A stretch of 64,000 nucleotides of DNA from Octopus sinensis (lineage: Eukaryota), in assembly GCF_006345805.1 (NCBI RefSeq), contig NC_042997.1:205530001-205594000 (forward strand). Reading direction: 5' to 3'. Positions 27,401 through 41,000 of the stretch are shown one piece after another. A program made the translations under genes and the position numbers. The notes under the pieces are model-generated. The model saw nothing but the letters and a program-made list of their open reading frames with translations. It did not search any database and was not told the DNA's origin. Numbering within the stretch: the first letter of the stretch is position 1; every line of letters begins with the position of its first letter.

Positions 27401-29054
27401 TAAAAAGGATGTTTGCATTTTCGAATACTCAGGGAGAAAGGAAAGGATAGGTATTCACAGAAGTTGTAGATATTAAAGTTTTTAAAGCTGATTGTTTGTG
27501 TGTTCGAAAACTGTAGGTATGTAAGCTTCTTATTTTGAGAGAAATTTAAAATACTTGCAGGAAATTGTAGATATTCCAGTCTTTGAGAGTTATTTTTTCA
27601 GTTGTCCTTCTGGGTTGTATTAATGTTTCTGTGTCTTCAACTGCTGACTAGTCAAAGCAGCGAAAAACATGTCCAGCCATTGTCAAGGCTGGTACTCTGA
27701 TTATTATTATTATTATTGCCTTTGCACAGCTTCTAATGCTGGAGATGTACTGCGGTGTCAACTGTTCACTACCAGTGAACTAAGGTAACACCTCTTATTT
27801 TTTGAGCACCTTCCAGAATATTTGAGCAATTCCAAGCAGTGCTGCTTTCTGCAAGTGCTCCACCCTTATTGCAGCCCCTATTTGTTCCATGTACTTCTCA
27901 AGGTTTTTGCTCAATTCTCATCGACACCCAGAGTTTACATGAGAACATCATTACTCTTTCTCACCACTAATCCTCTATAAATTTCTAAAGTAGAACATCC
28001 ACTGACCCCCACTGCTTGACAGGTAGAGGGCTGTGAGCACCTGACGACATTCTAGGTGCCAGGTGCCCAGTCTTGGTTTTTTTTCTTCTCCCAAGTCTGC
28101 AGCTTTGTCCAGGAGACAAGCTGCGGAATGGATAATTTCCAGATGTCCTTGGTTTGGCAGTGCTATGGGGGAGCATCGGTTAGAGATAAGCTCTACAGGC
28201 ATGGATGTGCTGTGAGACAGACTTGTCCGGGATGCTCACAGAGTGATACAAACGTTCTGCACACCCTCGTTCAGTGTCTAAGCATTGTTGACTTGTGAGG
28301 TTATGTTGAACAGTTACTGTCACATGTGAGACAGATCACGGATCCATCTGTCAACCAAGTCTGTAGTGATACCCTCCTTCAATTGGCCAGGCAAGGCAGT
28401 TTTTCTTTGCCTGGTGGCTGTGGTGAAAGAGTTTGTTTGGTGGACCAAGCTGAAGGGCATGAGGACAGATACATTCCTCATTGGTAGAGCTCTCATTGAC
28501 TTCTTTCAATGGAAATTGAAAGTGGAGATGGAAGTGCTGTCCTCGAGTGAGTTTATCAAAAGATGGATGGAAGTTGCAAAAATGGCAAGAGTGGATGGTA
28601 CCTCTCTAAGTGTAGACCTGTGAGTCAGAGAGAAGGAATTGGAGAAGGGACTTGGTCTTGGGGTTTCAGGGAAATCTCGGTCAATGGGCCATATCTCTGA
28701 TCATCCTGTCTCCCACTTGGTTTTTTATACCTCTGTATGCTATGTATATATCTCCTCTTTCCCAGTGTATACCTTTTTCTTTTTTCTTTATTATATGTAA
28801 ACCACCAGACTTTGTCTTTGTATTGTCTCCCTCAACTTTCGCACTTGTGGCAAATAAATGAAATCATCATCATCATCATTAATATTATTGTTCTACATTT
28901 TCACTCTTTTATGTAAGCTGCACCCAAGTCTGAATCAACGTGGCGTCAGTGGCTTTTTGGAAAGAAAACAGGTAAGGTACATGAAAGTGAAAAACTGATA
29001 TTATTATTATTATTATTATTATCATCATCATCATCGTCATCATCATCATTATTA

Positions 29055-29089
<35 letters not shown>

Positions 29090-32000
29090 GAGTGAGAGAG
29101 CAGTGCATGCCATCAAAGTGACACTGGGGTAAAATATACGAAGCCCAGTATACCCATCATGACTACCTGTCTGATAAGGATAAACCAGGCACATGCATCA
29201 CAACCATATGTGCGTGACATGGTGATCTCATATCAAGATAAACAGCACATGACCTTGCAGATGGGGCCCAGTTAGAATTTTCTTCTGGTCAAGTTACTCA
29301 TCCTGCTCAAACGGTTCCTGAATAAGGGTTGTTTAAGGATGTTGAACGAAACACCCATGTTTCCAGAGGTGAATTATTCAAACGCCAAAGAATCCCTCTC
29401 AACACATGGCTACTTCTGCTCGTGATCAGAGATGCACATATCATCAGCCACTAAGGGACATGCTCAGCTGGTTAAGGTCAAACAACTGACAAGCAAATCA
29501 GTGGTATTGAGCAGAATATTTGCTGTAGCCCATGTTTTATACCAAAACGAAACAATGAACATGATAACACTTCCAATCAGTTAAGATTAGAAGCCATGAG
29601 AGCCACTGCCTGGTACTGCATCAGGGCATTTAATATTATTATTATTATTATAGTTATTGTTGTTGTTGTTGTTGTTATTATTATTGTTATTGTTATTATT
29701 ATTGTTATTATGTATGACATAATGAAGGTTACGGAGAGGGTCATAGCCCAACTAATTAGAGAGAGAGTTAGTTTAGATGAGATGCATTTTGGGTTCATGC
29801 CAGGGAAAAGTACCACTGATGCTATATTCCTGGTAAGGCAGCTGCAGGAGAAATACCTAGCCAAAGGTAAGCCCCTGTACCTGGCTTTTGTTGACATGGA
29901 GAAAACCTTCGACAGGGTCCCCCGATCCCTTATCTGGTGGTCAATGAGGAAACTAGGAATAGATGAATGGTTAGTGAGAGCTGTGCGAGCCATGTACAGG
30001 GACGCTGCTAGTAAGGTGAGGGTTGGCAACGAGTACAGTGAGGAATTCCGGGTAGAGGTTGGGGTCCACCAAGGTTCAGTCCTCAGCCCCCTCCTATTTA
30101 TCATAGTCCTCCCGGTAATAACGGAGGAATTCAAGACAGGATACCCCTGTGAGCTCCTCTATGCTGATGACCTTACTCTAATTGCTGAGTCACTATCAGA
30201 ACTAGAGAAGTTTCAGGTGCGGAAGCAAGGATTAGAATCGAAGGGCTTCAGAGTCAACCTAGCTAAAACCAAAGTCCTAATAAGTAGGAAGGTAGACAAA
30301 TCACAAACGCCTTCAGGTAGATGGCCCTGCTCGATCTGTCAAAAAGGCATAGGTAGAAAATCTATAAGATGCACCAAGTGTAAGCTATGGACACATAAGA
30401 GGTGCAGCAATGTCAAAGGAAGGCTAACTAGGAAAATAGTTTTTGTATGTGGCAGATGCTCAGGAGCAATAAACACTAAAAATGCGCAGAGACCAACTTC
30501 CACCACATTCCAGGGAGAAAAACTAGAAATACTTGATAGCTTCCGTTACCTAGGTGACCAAGTCAGTAGAGGGGGTGGGTGTGTTGCTAGAGTAAGAATA
30601 GCCTGGGCAAATTTCAGAGAGCTCTTAACCTTGCTGGTGACAAAAGGCCTCTCACTCAGAGTAAAAGGCGGACTGTATGATGCATGTATACGAACAGCCA
30701 TGCTGCATGGTACTGAAACATGGGCCGTGACTGCTGAGGACATGCGTAAGCTCACAAGAAATGAAGCCAGTATGCTCCGATGGATGTGTAATGTCAGTGT
30801 TCATACTCAACAGAGTGTAAGTACCCTGAGAGTAAAGTTGGACCTAAGAAGCATCAGATGTGGTGTGCAAGAGAGACGTTTGCGCTGGTATGGTCATGTC
30901 ACAAGAATGGATGAAGATAGTTTTGTGAAAAAGTGCTACACCCTAAGGGTTGAGGGGACCTGTGGAAGAGGTAGACCCAGGAAGACCTGGGACGAGGTGG
31001 TGAAGCACGACCTTCGAACTTTACATCTCACTGAGGAAATGACTAGAGACCGAGACCTATGGAAGTATGCTGTGCGTGAGAAGACCCGGCAGGACAAGTG
31101 AGACCATAACCCATGGCCACTACCTGGGATGTAGCCAGTCCACTTATGCATACCTTTCCTTCCTGGGACACAAAGCTCTACTTGTGAAGACCTGTTGAGG
31201 CAAGTGAGAATCAGAATCAAAATCAAAATCGATCAACATCAATGGAAATTGTAGCTGTGATACCAGTGCTGGGGGCTCGTAAGCGAACCATCTGAACGTG
31301 GCTGTTGCCAGCCTCGCCTGGCCCCCATGCCAGTGGCACATAAAAAGCGACCACTACACTCACGGAGTGGTTGGCATTAGGAAGGGCATCCAGCTGTAGA
31401 AACTTTGCCAGATCAGATTGGAGCCTGGTGCAGCCTTCTGGCTTCCCAAACCCCAGTTGAACCGTCCAACCCATGCTAGCATGGAAAGCGGGCGCTAAAC
31501 GATGATGATGATAATAGTTTTCTATCTATACAATTGTTTTGTATCTCTATAATAGTCTTCTATCTCTAAAATAGTTTTCTATCTATATAATAGTTTTTCT
31601 ATATATATATAGAGTGGCTGTGTGGTAAGTAGCTTGCTAACCAACCACATGGTTCCGGGTTCAGTCCCACTGCGTGGCATCTTGGGCAAGTGTCTTCTGC
31701 TATAGCCTCGGGCCGACCAATGCCTTGTGAGTGGATTTGGTAGACGGAAACTGAAAGAAGCCCGTCGTATATATTTATATATATATATGTGTGTGTGTAT
31801 GTGTGTGTTTGTGTGTTTGTCCCCCTAGCATTGCTTGACAACCGATGCTGGTGTGTTTACGTCCCCGTCACTTAGCAGTTCGGCAAAAGAGACCGATAGA
31901 ATAAGTACTGGGCTTACAAAGAATAAGTCCCGGGGTCGATTTGCTCGACTAAAGGCGGTGCTCCAGCATGGCCGCAGTCAAATGACTGAAACAAGTAAAA

Positions 32001-35000
32001 GATAAAAGAAGAAGATAAAAGATAATAGTTCATCGAGCAGTGATGGCCGAAGCTAGATAAGCTAAGAATTTCTTTTCACTTCTTGACCACTCGTACAACA
32101 TTCGCCTCTAACACTAAAAAATGTATTATCTATTTACTAATCTGCATGTTGCTTCTTTTCGTGAGCTAAACTGTTGTTGATATTGTCTCCCAAAAATATA
32201 ATCTTTTTTAGTCCTATCTCGTAATAATTCGTCCCTATGTGCTGATAATTTCTTCTTTCTTTCCTTTGCGCCCCTATGTGCTGATAAATTCTTCTTTCCT
32301 TCCTTTGAATCAAAACTTCGCCATTCGATTGTCTCCCAAAAATATAATCTTTTTTAGTCCTATCTCGTAATAATTCATCCCTATGTGCTGATAATTTCTT
32401 CTTTCTTTCCTTCTTTCTTCCTTTCTCCATATTACTTTGTCCTTTCTTCGCTCTCTACGATAATTTGTCCGTTGTCTATGACATTGTTTCTTCAAACCCC
32501 GTTTGCCTAATTCTTCTCTTTCCATACATCTGCCGCTCTCTCCTGAATCAAAACTTCGCCATTCGCGGTGCACCCGCCCTTTCCCACCCCCACCACCAAT
32601 ACCCGATATCTCTCTATATATTTCTCCATCTACACCGGATATCCCTTCTCCCACCACCATTATGGGTGTCTACTCCTCGAACCCCTCCTCCTCAATACGC
32701 TATTTCACTATGTATTACCCCTGCTTATCTTCCCCACCTTCCAGTCCCCCCCTCTCGTGATATCCTACGTTTAATTTTGTCTTGAACCTGCCACCACCCC
32801 TACCTGTCATCGTTTCTCCTAACACCCCTCCCCACTGGTGCTCCTCTATATTACCTGCACTCTCTCCCCCATTTCCTCCCCCCACTCTCCTCCCTGCTGG
32901 AACCCCCCAGCCCATCTCTAGAATATTCATGTTTCTGCTACACTGCTTAAACCACGTTGCTCAATGACAATAATGCTTGCTTAGAATACTACTAACACCT
33001 ACAATTTCAGTATTTCTACCACAGAGCTTACATCTACACCATCAATGACCTTAATGCTTATACTTACAATGCTGCTGCTCATGCTCACAATGCTGCTAAC
33101 ACCAGCCCCTGCAGTAGGCAGGGGCCAGAACCTTAGCATGCCTAAATGCTTGAATGTTTTCAGGTCGGAAGAGAGATCAGACGAAAAATGCCTAAAAAAC
33201 GTTCACCACTACCACAACAACCCTCTTCTTTTCAGGTGCTGAATTGCACCCCTCCCCCCACATCTCCATCCCAGTTTTCAGAGTTGGCACTGTCAATGTT
33301 GGTACTCTGAAAGGTAGGTCTAGTGAGATTGTAGAGATGCTTGAGAGAAGACGGGTTGATGTATGCTGCATACAAGAGGTGCTTCAGCTAGGGTCCTCAC
33401 AGGCAAGGAACATAGGTATAAAGTCTTCTGGCAAGGTAACATGGATGGGGTAGGGGGTGTAGGCATTCTCCTTGCGGAGAAATGGGTGGATAAGGTCATA
33501 GAGGTTGTCAGGGTTTGCGATAGAGTGCTTAAGCTCAGGCTAGTCCTACAGAGTGGCACAGCTATGATTATCTCCGCCTATGCCCCACATGCGGGGCTAC
33601 CAAATGATCAGAAGGACCACTTTTATGATACCCTTCTACAGGCTACCTCAAAGACTAGTGGCAAGGACCTCATCTTTGTTGGTGAAGACTTTAATGGGCA
33701 TGTTGGGTGGGAATCGGGTATCTTCACTGGGGTACACGGTGGCCATGGTATTGGCACCAGAAATGATGAGGGAACTAGACTACTGGAATTCTGTGATGCA
33801 TGTAACCTTTTAATCTGCAACACTAACTTCAGGAAGCCTGACTGCCACCTTATAACCTATCAGCCAGGAGACTCCGCTAGCCAAATAGACTTCATCCTCA
33901 CCAGGCAGCGGGATGCAGGGTCGCTCTTAAATACAAAGACCCTCCTGGGTGAAGAGTGTATCCCTCAGCGTAAGCTAATCATTAGTGACTTTAGGCTTGA
34001 GGCCAGAAGGACTCCAAGAAACAGACCAATCCAGAAAAGAAGGATTTGGAAGCTAAAGAACTCTTCACGTGGTCAGAGATTTAGGGACATCCTTATCAAG
34101 AAATTTGATGAGAGGGAGGAGGAGCTTCAGACGTCAAACATAGAAGGTAGCTGGGAATTCCTACGGGACATCTTGCTGAGTGCCACAGACCAAGTCTGGA
34201 TGGTGCAAAGTCCCTTCCAGACCTAGAGTTACGTGGTGGTAGAATAGTGCAGTAGACAAAGCCATTAGTGCAAAGAAACAGGCCTGGAGGGATGGGGGTA
34301 GCAGGGAACCGTACCAAGTAGCCAAAAGGGAGGCCGGGCGGCAGGTATACATAGCCAAAGATATAGCAGAAAAGAAGTTTGCCTATGTCCAGTGACGTGA
34401 GGACCAAAGAACTGAGGTATTTCAGATTGCTAGACAGTGTGTGAGAGAAAATAGTGATGTTACAGGAGAGAAATGTGTCCGCATGGATGATGGGGCACTT
34501 GCTTTTAATGTTGGTGAAAAGAAAGAGGCTTGGAGAAGCCATTATGAAAGACTGCTGAATGTGGAGAATGAAGGGAGGAGGAAAACCTGCCAAATGTTGA
34601 CCCAGTAGAGGGACCAGCTATCCGAACAGACAGCTCCCATGTAGATAAAGCAATTAAGGGTATGAAGCCAGGAAAAGACCCTAGCCCATTAGGAATCACT
34701 GCTGAGAGGCTTAAAACATCTGGTGGTGTGGGCTATGGCCTAGTCACCCGCATTGTAAACCAGGTAGTTCATAATGGAGTCATACCCAATGACTGGTGTA
34801 ACAGCACCATAGTCAACTTCTATAAAGGTGAAAGTGATGCTTTAGATAGAAATAACTACAGGGGTATCAAACTGCTGGATCAGGTGATGAAGGTCACAGA
34901 GAGGGTCATAACCCATCTCATTAGGGAGAGAATTTGCTTAGATGAGATGCAGTTCGGTTTTGTAGAAGCACCACTGATGCTATATTCCTGGTCCGACAAC

Positions 35001-38000
35001 TGCAGGAGAAGTACCTAGCTAAAGATAAACCCCTCTACATAGCTTTTGTGGACTTGGAGAAAGCCTTTGACAGAGTTCCCCGATCCCTTATCTGGTGGAA
35101 ACTGGAGATTGACGAATGGCTAATAAGGGCTGTACAGGCTCTATACAGAGAGGCTGTCAGCAAGGTTAGGATTGGCAACGAATATAGTGATGAATTCCAG
35201 GTAGAAGTAGGTGTACACCAAGGCTCAGGCCTCAGTCCCCTTTTATTCATCATAGTCCTCCAGGCAATAACAGAGGAATTCAAGACAGGTTGCCCCTGGG
35301 AGCTTCTCTATGCTGATGACCTGGCTCTCATAGCAGAATCACTACCGGAACTAGAAAAGAAATTTTGGGTGTGGAAACAAGGGTTAGAATCAAAGGGCCT
35401 TAGAGTAAATGTAACGAAGACCAAAGTTATAGTAAGCAGAAAGGCGAACTCAGCACACACCCCATCGGGCAGGTGGCGCTGCTCGATCTGTAGGAAAGGT
35501 GTAGGTAGAAACTCCATAAGATGCACCCAGTGTAAGCTATGGACGCATAAGACGTGCAGCAACATCAAAGGGAAATTAACTGATAAGATAGCTTTCATGT
35601 GCGGCAGATGCACAGGGACAATAGACACCACAAATACTCAGAAGACAGATTCCAACACTCTCCAGAGGGAGAAACTAGAAGTAGTTGATAGTTTCCGCTA
35701 CCTGGGTGACCAAGTTAGTAGTGCAGGTGGATGCTCAGAGAGTGTCACCACTAGAATACGAATAGCCTGGGCAAAGTTTAGAAAGCTCCTACCCCTACTA
35801 GCGACAAAGGGTCTCTCACTCAGAGTGAAAGGTAGATTGTATGATGCATGTGTGCGAACTGCCATGCTTCACGGCAGTGAAACATGGGCCGTGACTGCAG
35901 AGGACATGCGTAGACTTGAAAGAAATGAAGCTAGCATGATCAGCTGGATGTGTAATGTCAGTGTGAATGCACGACAGTGTAAGCACCCTGAGAGAAATGG
36001 TAGACATAAGAAGCATCAGATGCGGTGTGCAAGAGTGACGCTTGCGATGGTATGGTCATGTACTGCGGTGGACGAGGAGTGATGTGTGAAGAAGTGCCGC
36101 TCCCAAACAGTTGAAGTAATCAGGGGGAGAGGTAGACCCAGGAAGACATGGAATGAGGTAGTCAAGCATGACCGCAGAGCGTTGGGCCTCACTGAGGCAA
36201 TGGCGAAGGACCGAGATCTCTGGAGATGTGCTGTGACTACAAAGACCCGGGATGCTTCCGGCACCAGTTCCGCATAGCCCCTGCCCATTCAAAGTACCTT
36301 GGAGCCCAGAACATCTCGCTGTGCTTGAGGAGACCTGTTGAGTCAAGTGCATGTACATGAACATCGAAACAAATATCAATGGAAATAGTGGTTGTGATAC
36401 CTGTGCCGGTGGCACATAAATAGCACCATCCAAACGTAGCCATTGTCAGCACCGCCTCGACTGGCTTCTGTGCCGGTGGCACATAAAAACCAACATCCAA
36501 GCGTGGCCAATGCCAGCGCCCCCTCGACTAGCTTCTGTGCCGGTGGCACATAAAAAGCACCATCCAAACGTGACTGATGCCAGCGCCACCTTGGCTGGCT
36601 TCCGTGCCATTGGCACATTAAAAGAACCAACCGATTGTGGCCGATGCCAGACCACCCTGGCACCTGTGCAGGTGGCACGTAAAAAGCACCCACTACACTC
36701 ACAGAGTGGTTGGCATTAGGAATGGCATCCAGCTGTAGAAACACTGCCTGATCAGACTGGAGCCTGGTGCAGCCCCTGGCTCCCCAGACCCCGGTCGAAC
36801 TGTCCAACATGTGCTAGCGCGGAAAACAGACGTTAAACGATGATGATGATGATGATGATGATCTATCCATATAATAGTTTTCTATCTCTATAATAGTTTT
36901 CTATCTCTATAATAGTTTTCTATCTCTATAATAGTTTTCTATCTATATAATAGTTTTCTATCTCTATAATAGTTTTCTATCTATATAATAGTTTTCTATC
37001 TATATAATAGTTTTCTATCTCTATAATAGTTTTCTATCTCTATAATAGTTTTCTATCTCTATAATAGTTTTCTATCTCTATAATAGTTTTCTATCTCTAT
37101 AATAGTTTTCTAACTCTATAATAGTTTTCTATCTCTATAATAGTTTTCTATCTCTATAATAGTTTTCTATCTCTATAATAGTTTTCTATCTCTATAATAG
37201 TTTTCTATCTCTATAATAGTTTTCTATCTCTATAATAGTTTTCTATCTATATAATAGTTTTCTATATATAAAATAGTTTTCTATCCATATAATAGTTTTC
37301 TATATATAAAATAGTTTTCTATCCATATAATAGTTTTCTATCTCTATAATAGTTTTCTATCTCTATAATAGTTTTCTATCTATATAATATTTTTCTATCC
37401 ATATAATAGTTTTCTATCTCTATAATAGTTTTCTATCTCTATAATAGTTTTCTATCTCTATAATAGTTTTCTATCTCTATAATAGTTTTCTATCTCTATA
37501 ATAGTTTTCTATCTATATAATAGTTTTCTATCCATTTAATAGTTTTCTATCTCTATAATAGTTTTCTATCCATATAATAGTTTTCTATCTATATAATTGT
37601 TTTCTATCTCTATAATAGTTTTCTATCTCTATAATAGTTTTCTATATATAAAATAGTTTTCTATCCATATAATAGTTTTCTATATATAAAATAGTTTTCT
37701 ATCCATATAATAGTTTTCTATCTCTATAATAGTTTTCTATCTCTATAATAGTTTTCTATCTATATAATAGTTTTCTATCCATATAATAGTTTTCTATCTC
37801 TATAATAGTTTTCTATATATAAAAGAGTTTTCTATCCATATAATAGTTTTCTATCTCTATAATAGTTTTCTATCTCTATAATAGTTTTCTATCTATATAA
37901 TAGTTTTCTATCCATATAATAGTTTTCTCTCTCTATAATAGTTTTCTATATATAAAATAGTTTTCTATCCATATAATAGTTTTCTATCTCTATAATAGTT

Positions 38001-41000
38001 TTCTATATATAAAATAGTTTTCTATCCATATAATAGTTTTCTATCTCTATAATAGTTTTCTATATATAAAATAGTTTTCTATCCATATAATAGTTTTCTA
38101 TCTCTATAATAGTTTTCTATATATAAAATAGTTTTCTATCCACAATAGTTTTCTATCTCTATAATAGTTTTCTATATATAAAATACTTTTCTATCCATAT
38201 AATAGTTTTCTATCTCTATAATAGTTTTCTATCTCTATAATAGTTTTCTATCTATATAATAGTTTTCTATCCATATAATAGTTTTCTATCTCTATAATAG
38301 TTTTCTATATATAAAATAGTTTTCTATCCATATAATGGTTTTCTATCTCTAATAGTTTTCTATCTCTATAATAGTTTTCTATCTATATAATAGTTTTCTA
38401 TCTCTATAATAGTTTTCTATCTATATAATAGTTTTCTATCTCTATAATAGTTTTCTATCTATATAAAAGTTTTCTATCTCTATAATAGTTTTCTATCTCT
38501 ATAATAGTTTTCTATCTCTATAATAGTTTTCTATCTCTATAATAGTTTTCTATCTCTATAGTTTTCTATCTCTATAATAGTTTTCTATCTATATAATAGT
38601 TTTCTATCTCTATAATAGTTTTCTATCTCTATAATAGTTTTCTATCTCTATAATAGTTTTCTATCTCTATAATAGTTTTCTATCTATATAATAGTTTTCT
38701 ATCTCTATAATAGTTTTCTATCTATATAATAGTTTTCTATCTCTATAATAGTTTTCTATCTCTATAATAGTTTTCTATCTATATAATAGTTTTCTATCTC
38801 TATAATAGTTTTCTATCTCTATAATAGTTTTCTATCTCTATAATAGTTTTCTATCTCTATAATAGTTTTCTATCTCTATAATAGTTTTCTATCTCTATAA
38901 TAGTTTTCTATCTCTATAATAGTTTTCTATCTCTATAATAGTTTTCTATCTCTATAATAGTTTTCTATCTATATAAGAGTTTTCTATATATAAAATAGTT
39001 TTCTATCCATATAATAGTTTTCTGTCTATATAATAGTTTTCTATCTCTATAATAGTTTTCTATCTCTATAATAGTTTTCTATCTCTATAATAGTTTTCTA
39101 TCTATATAATAGTTTTCTATCCATATAATAGTTTTCTATCTCTATAATAGTTTTCTATATATAAAATAGTTTTCTATCCACATAATAGTTTTCTATCTCT
39201 ATAATAGTTTTCTATATATAAAATAGTTTTCTATCCATATAATAGTTTTCTATCTCTATAATAGTTTTCTATCTCTATAATAGTTTTCTATCTATATAAT
39301 AGTTTTCTATCCATATAATAGTTTTCTATCTCTATAATAGTTTTCTATATATAAAATAGTTTTCTATCCATATAATGGTTTTCTATCTCTATAATAGTTT
39401 TCTATCTCTATAATAGTTTTCTATCTATATAATAGTTTTCTATCTCTATAATAGTTTTCTATCTATATAATAGTTTTCTATCTCTATAATAGTTTTCTAT
39501 CTATATAATAGTTTTCTATCTGTATAATAGTTTTCTATCTCTATAATAGTTTTCTATCTCTATAATAGTTTTCTATCTCTATAATAGTTTTCTATCTCTA
39601 TAATAGTTTTCTATCTCTATAGTTTTCTATCTCTATAATAGTGTTGTATCTATATAATAGTTTTCTATCTCTATAATAGTTTTCTATCTCTATAATAGTT
39701 TTCTATCTCTATAATAGTTTTCTATCTCTATAATAGTTTTCTATCTCTATAATAGTTTTCTATCTCTATAATAGTTTTCTATCTCTATAATAGTTTTCTA
39801 TCTATATAATAGTTTTCTATCTATTTAATAGTTTTCTATCTCTATAATAGTTTTCTATCTATATAATAGTTTTCTATCTCTATAATAGTTTTCTATCTAT
39901 AGAATAGTTTTCTATCTCTATAATAGTTTTCTATCTCTATAATAGTTTTCTATCTCTATAATAGTTTTCTATCTCTATAATAGTTTTCTATCTCTATAGT
40001 TTTCTATCTCTATAATAGTTTTCTATCTATATAATATTTTTCTATCTCTATAATAGTTTTCTATCTCTATAATAGTTTTTTATCTCTAATAGTTTTCTAT
40101 CTCTATAATAGTTTTCTATCTCTATAATAGTTTTCTATCTATATAATAGTTTTCTATCTCTATAATAGTTTTCTATCTATATAATAGTTTTCTATCTCTA
40201 TAATAGTTTTCTATCTCTATAATAGTTTTCTATCTATATAATAGTTTTCTATCTCTATAATAGTTTTCTATCTCTATAATAGTTTTCTATCTCTATAATA
40301 GTTTTCTATCTCTATAATAGTTTTCTATCTCTATAATAGTTTTCTATCTCTATAATAGTTTTCTATCTCTATCATAGTTTTCTATCTCTATAATAGTTTT
40401 CTATCTCTATAATAGTTTTCTATCTATATAATAGTTTTCTATATATAAAATAGTTTTCTATCCATATAATAGTTTTCTATCTATATAATAGTTTTCTATC
40501 TCTATAATAGTTTTCTATCTCTATAATAGTTTTCTATCTCTATAATAGTTTTCTATCTATATAATAGTTTTCTATCCATATAATAGTTTTCTATCTCTAT
40601 AATAGTTTTCTATCTCTATAATAGTTTTCTATCTCTATAATAGTTTTCTATCTCTATAATAGTTTTCTATCTCTATAATAGTTTTCTATCTCTATAATAG
40701 TTTTCTATCCCTATAATAGTTTTCTATCTATATAATAGTTTTCTATATATAAAATAGTTTTCTATCCATATAATAGTTTTCTATCCATATAATAGTTTTC
40801 TATCTCTATAATAGTTTTCTATCCCTATAATAGTTTTCTATCCCTATAATAGTTTTCTATCTCTATAATAGTTTTCTATCTATATAATATTTTTCTATCC
40901 ATATAATAGTTTTCTATCTCTATAATAGTTTTCTATCTCTATAATAGTTTTCTATCTCTATAATAGTTTTCTATCTCTATAATAGTTTTCTATCTATATA

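Noticed and set aside
27602-27690. Further candidate PARP exons (here, ~20730 and ~3250)
   Set aside because: In-frame stops in the required phase, no donor, or no recognisable domain similarity
29570-29600. Faint likeness of the 550-bp repeat to U2 snRNA (atcagtt..gatc)
   Set aside because: Too short and mismatched; no branch-point recognition sequence or Sm site
29596-31101. 501-aa ORF as a novel membrane-anchored RT
   Set aside because: The Ile/Val N-terminus is read-through of a (TAT/TGT)n microsatellite into a 5'-truncated RTE; same artefact at 12111-13196
33045-33242. Signal-peptide-like ORF in the RTE 5' region
   Set aside because: Low-complexity atgct repeats in a degraded copy; absent from the intact element
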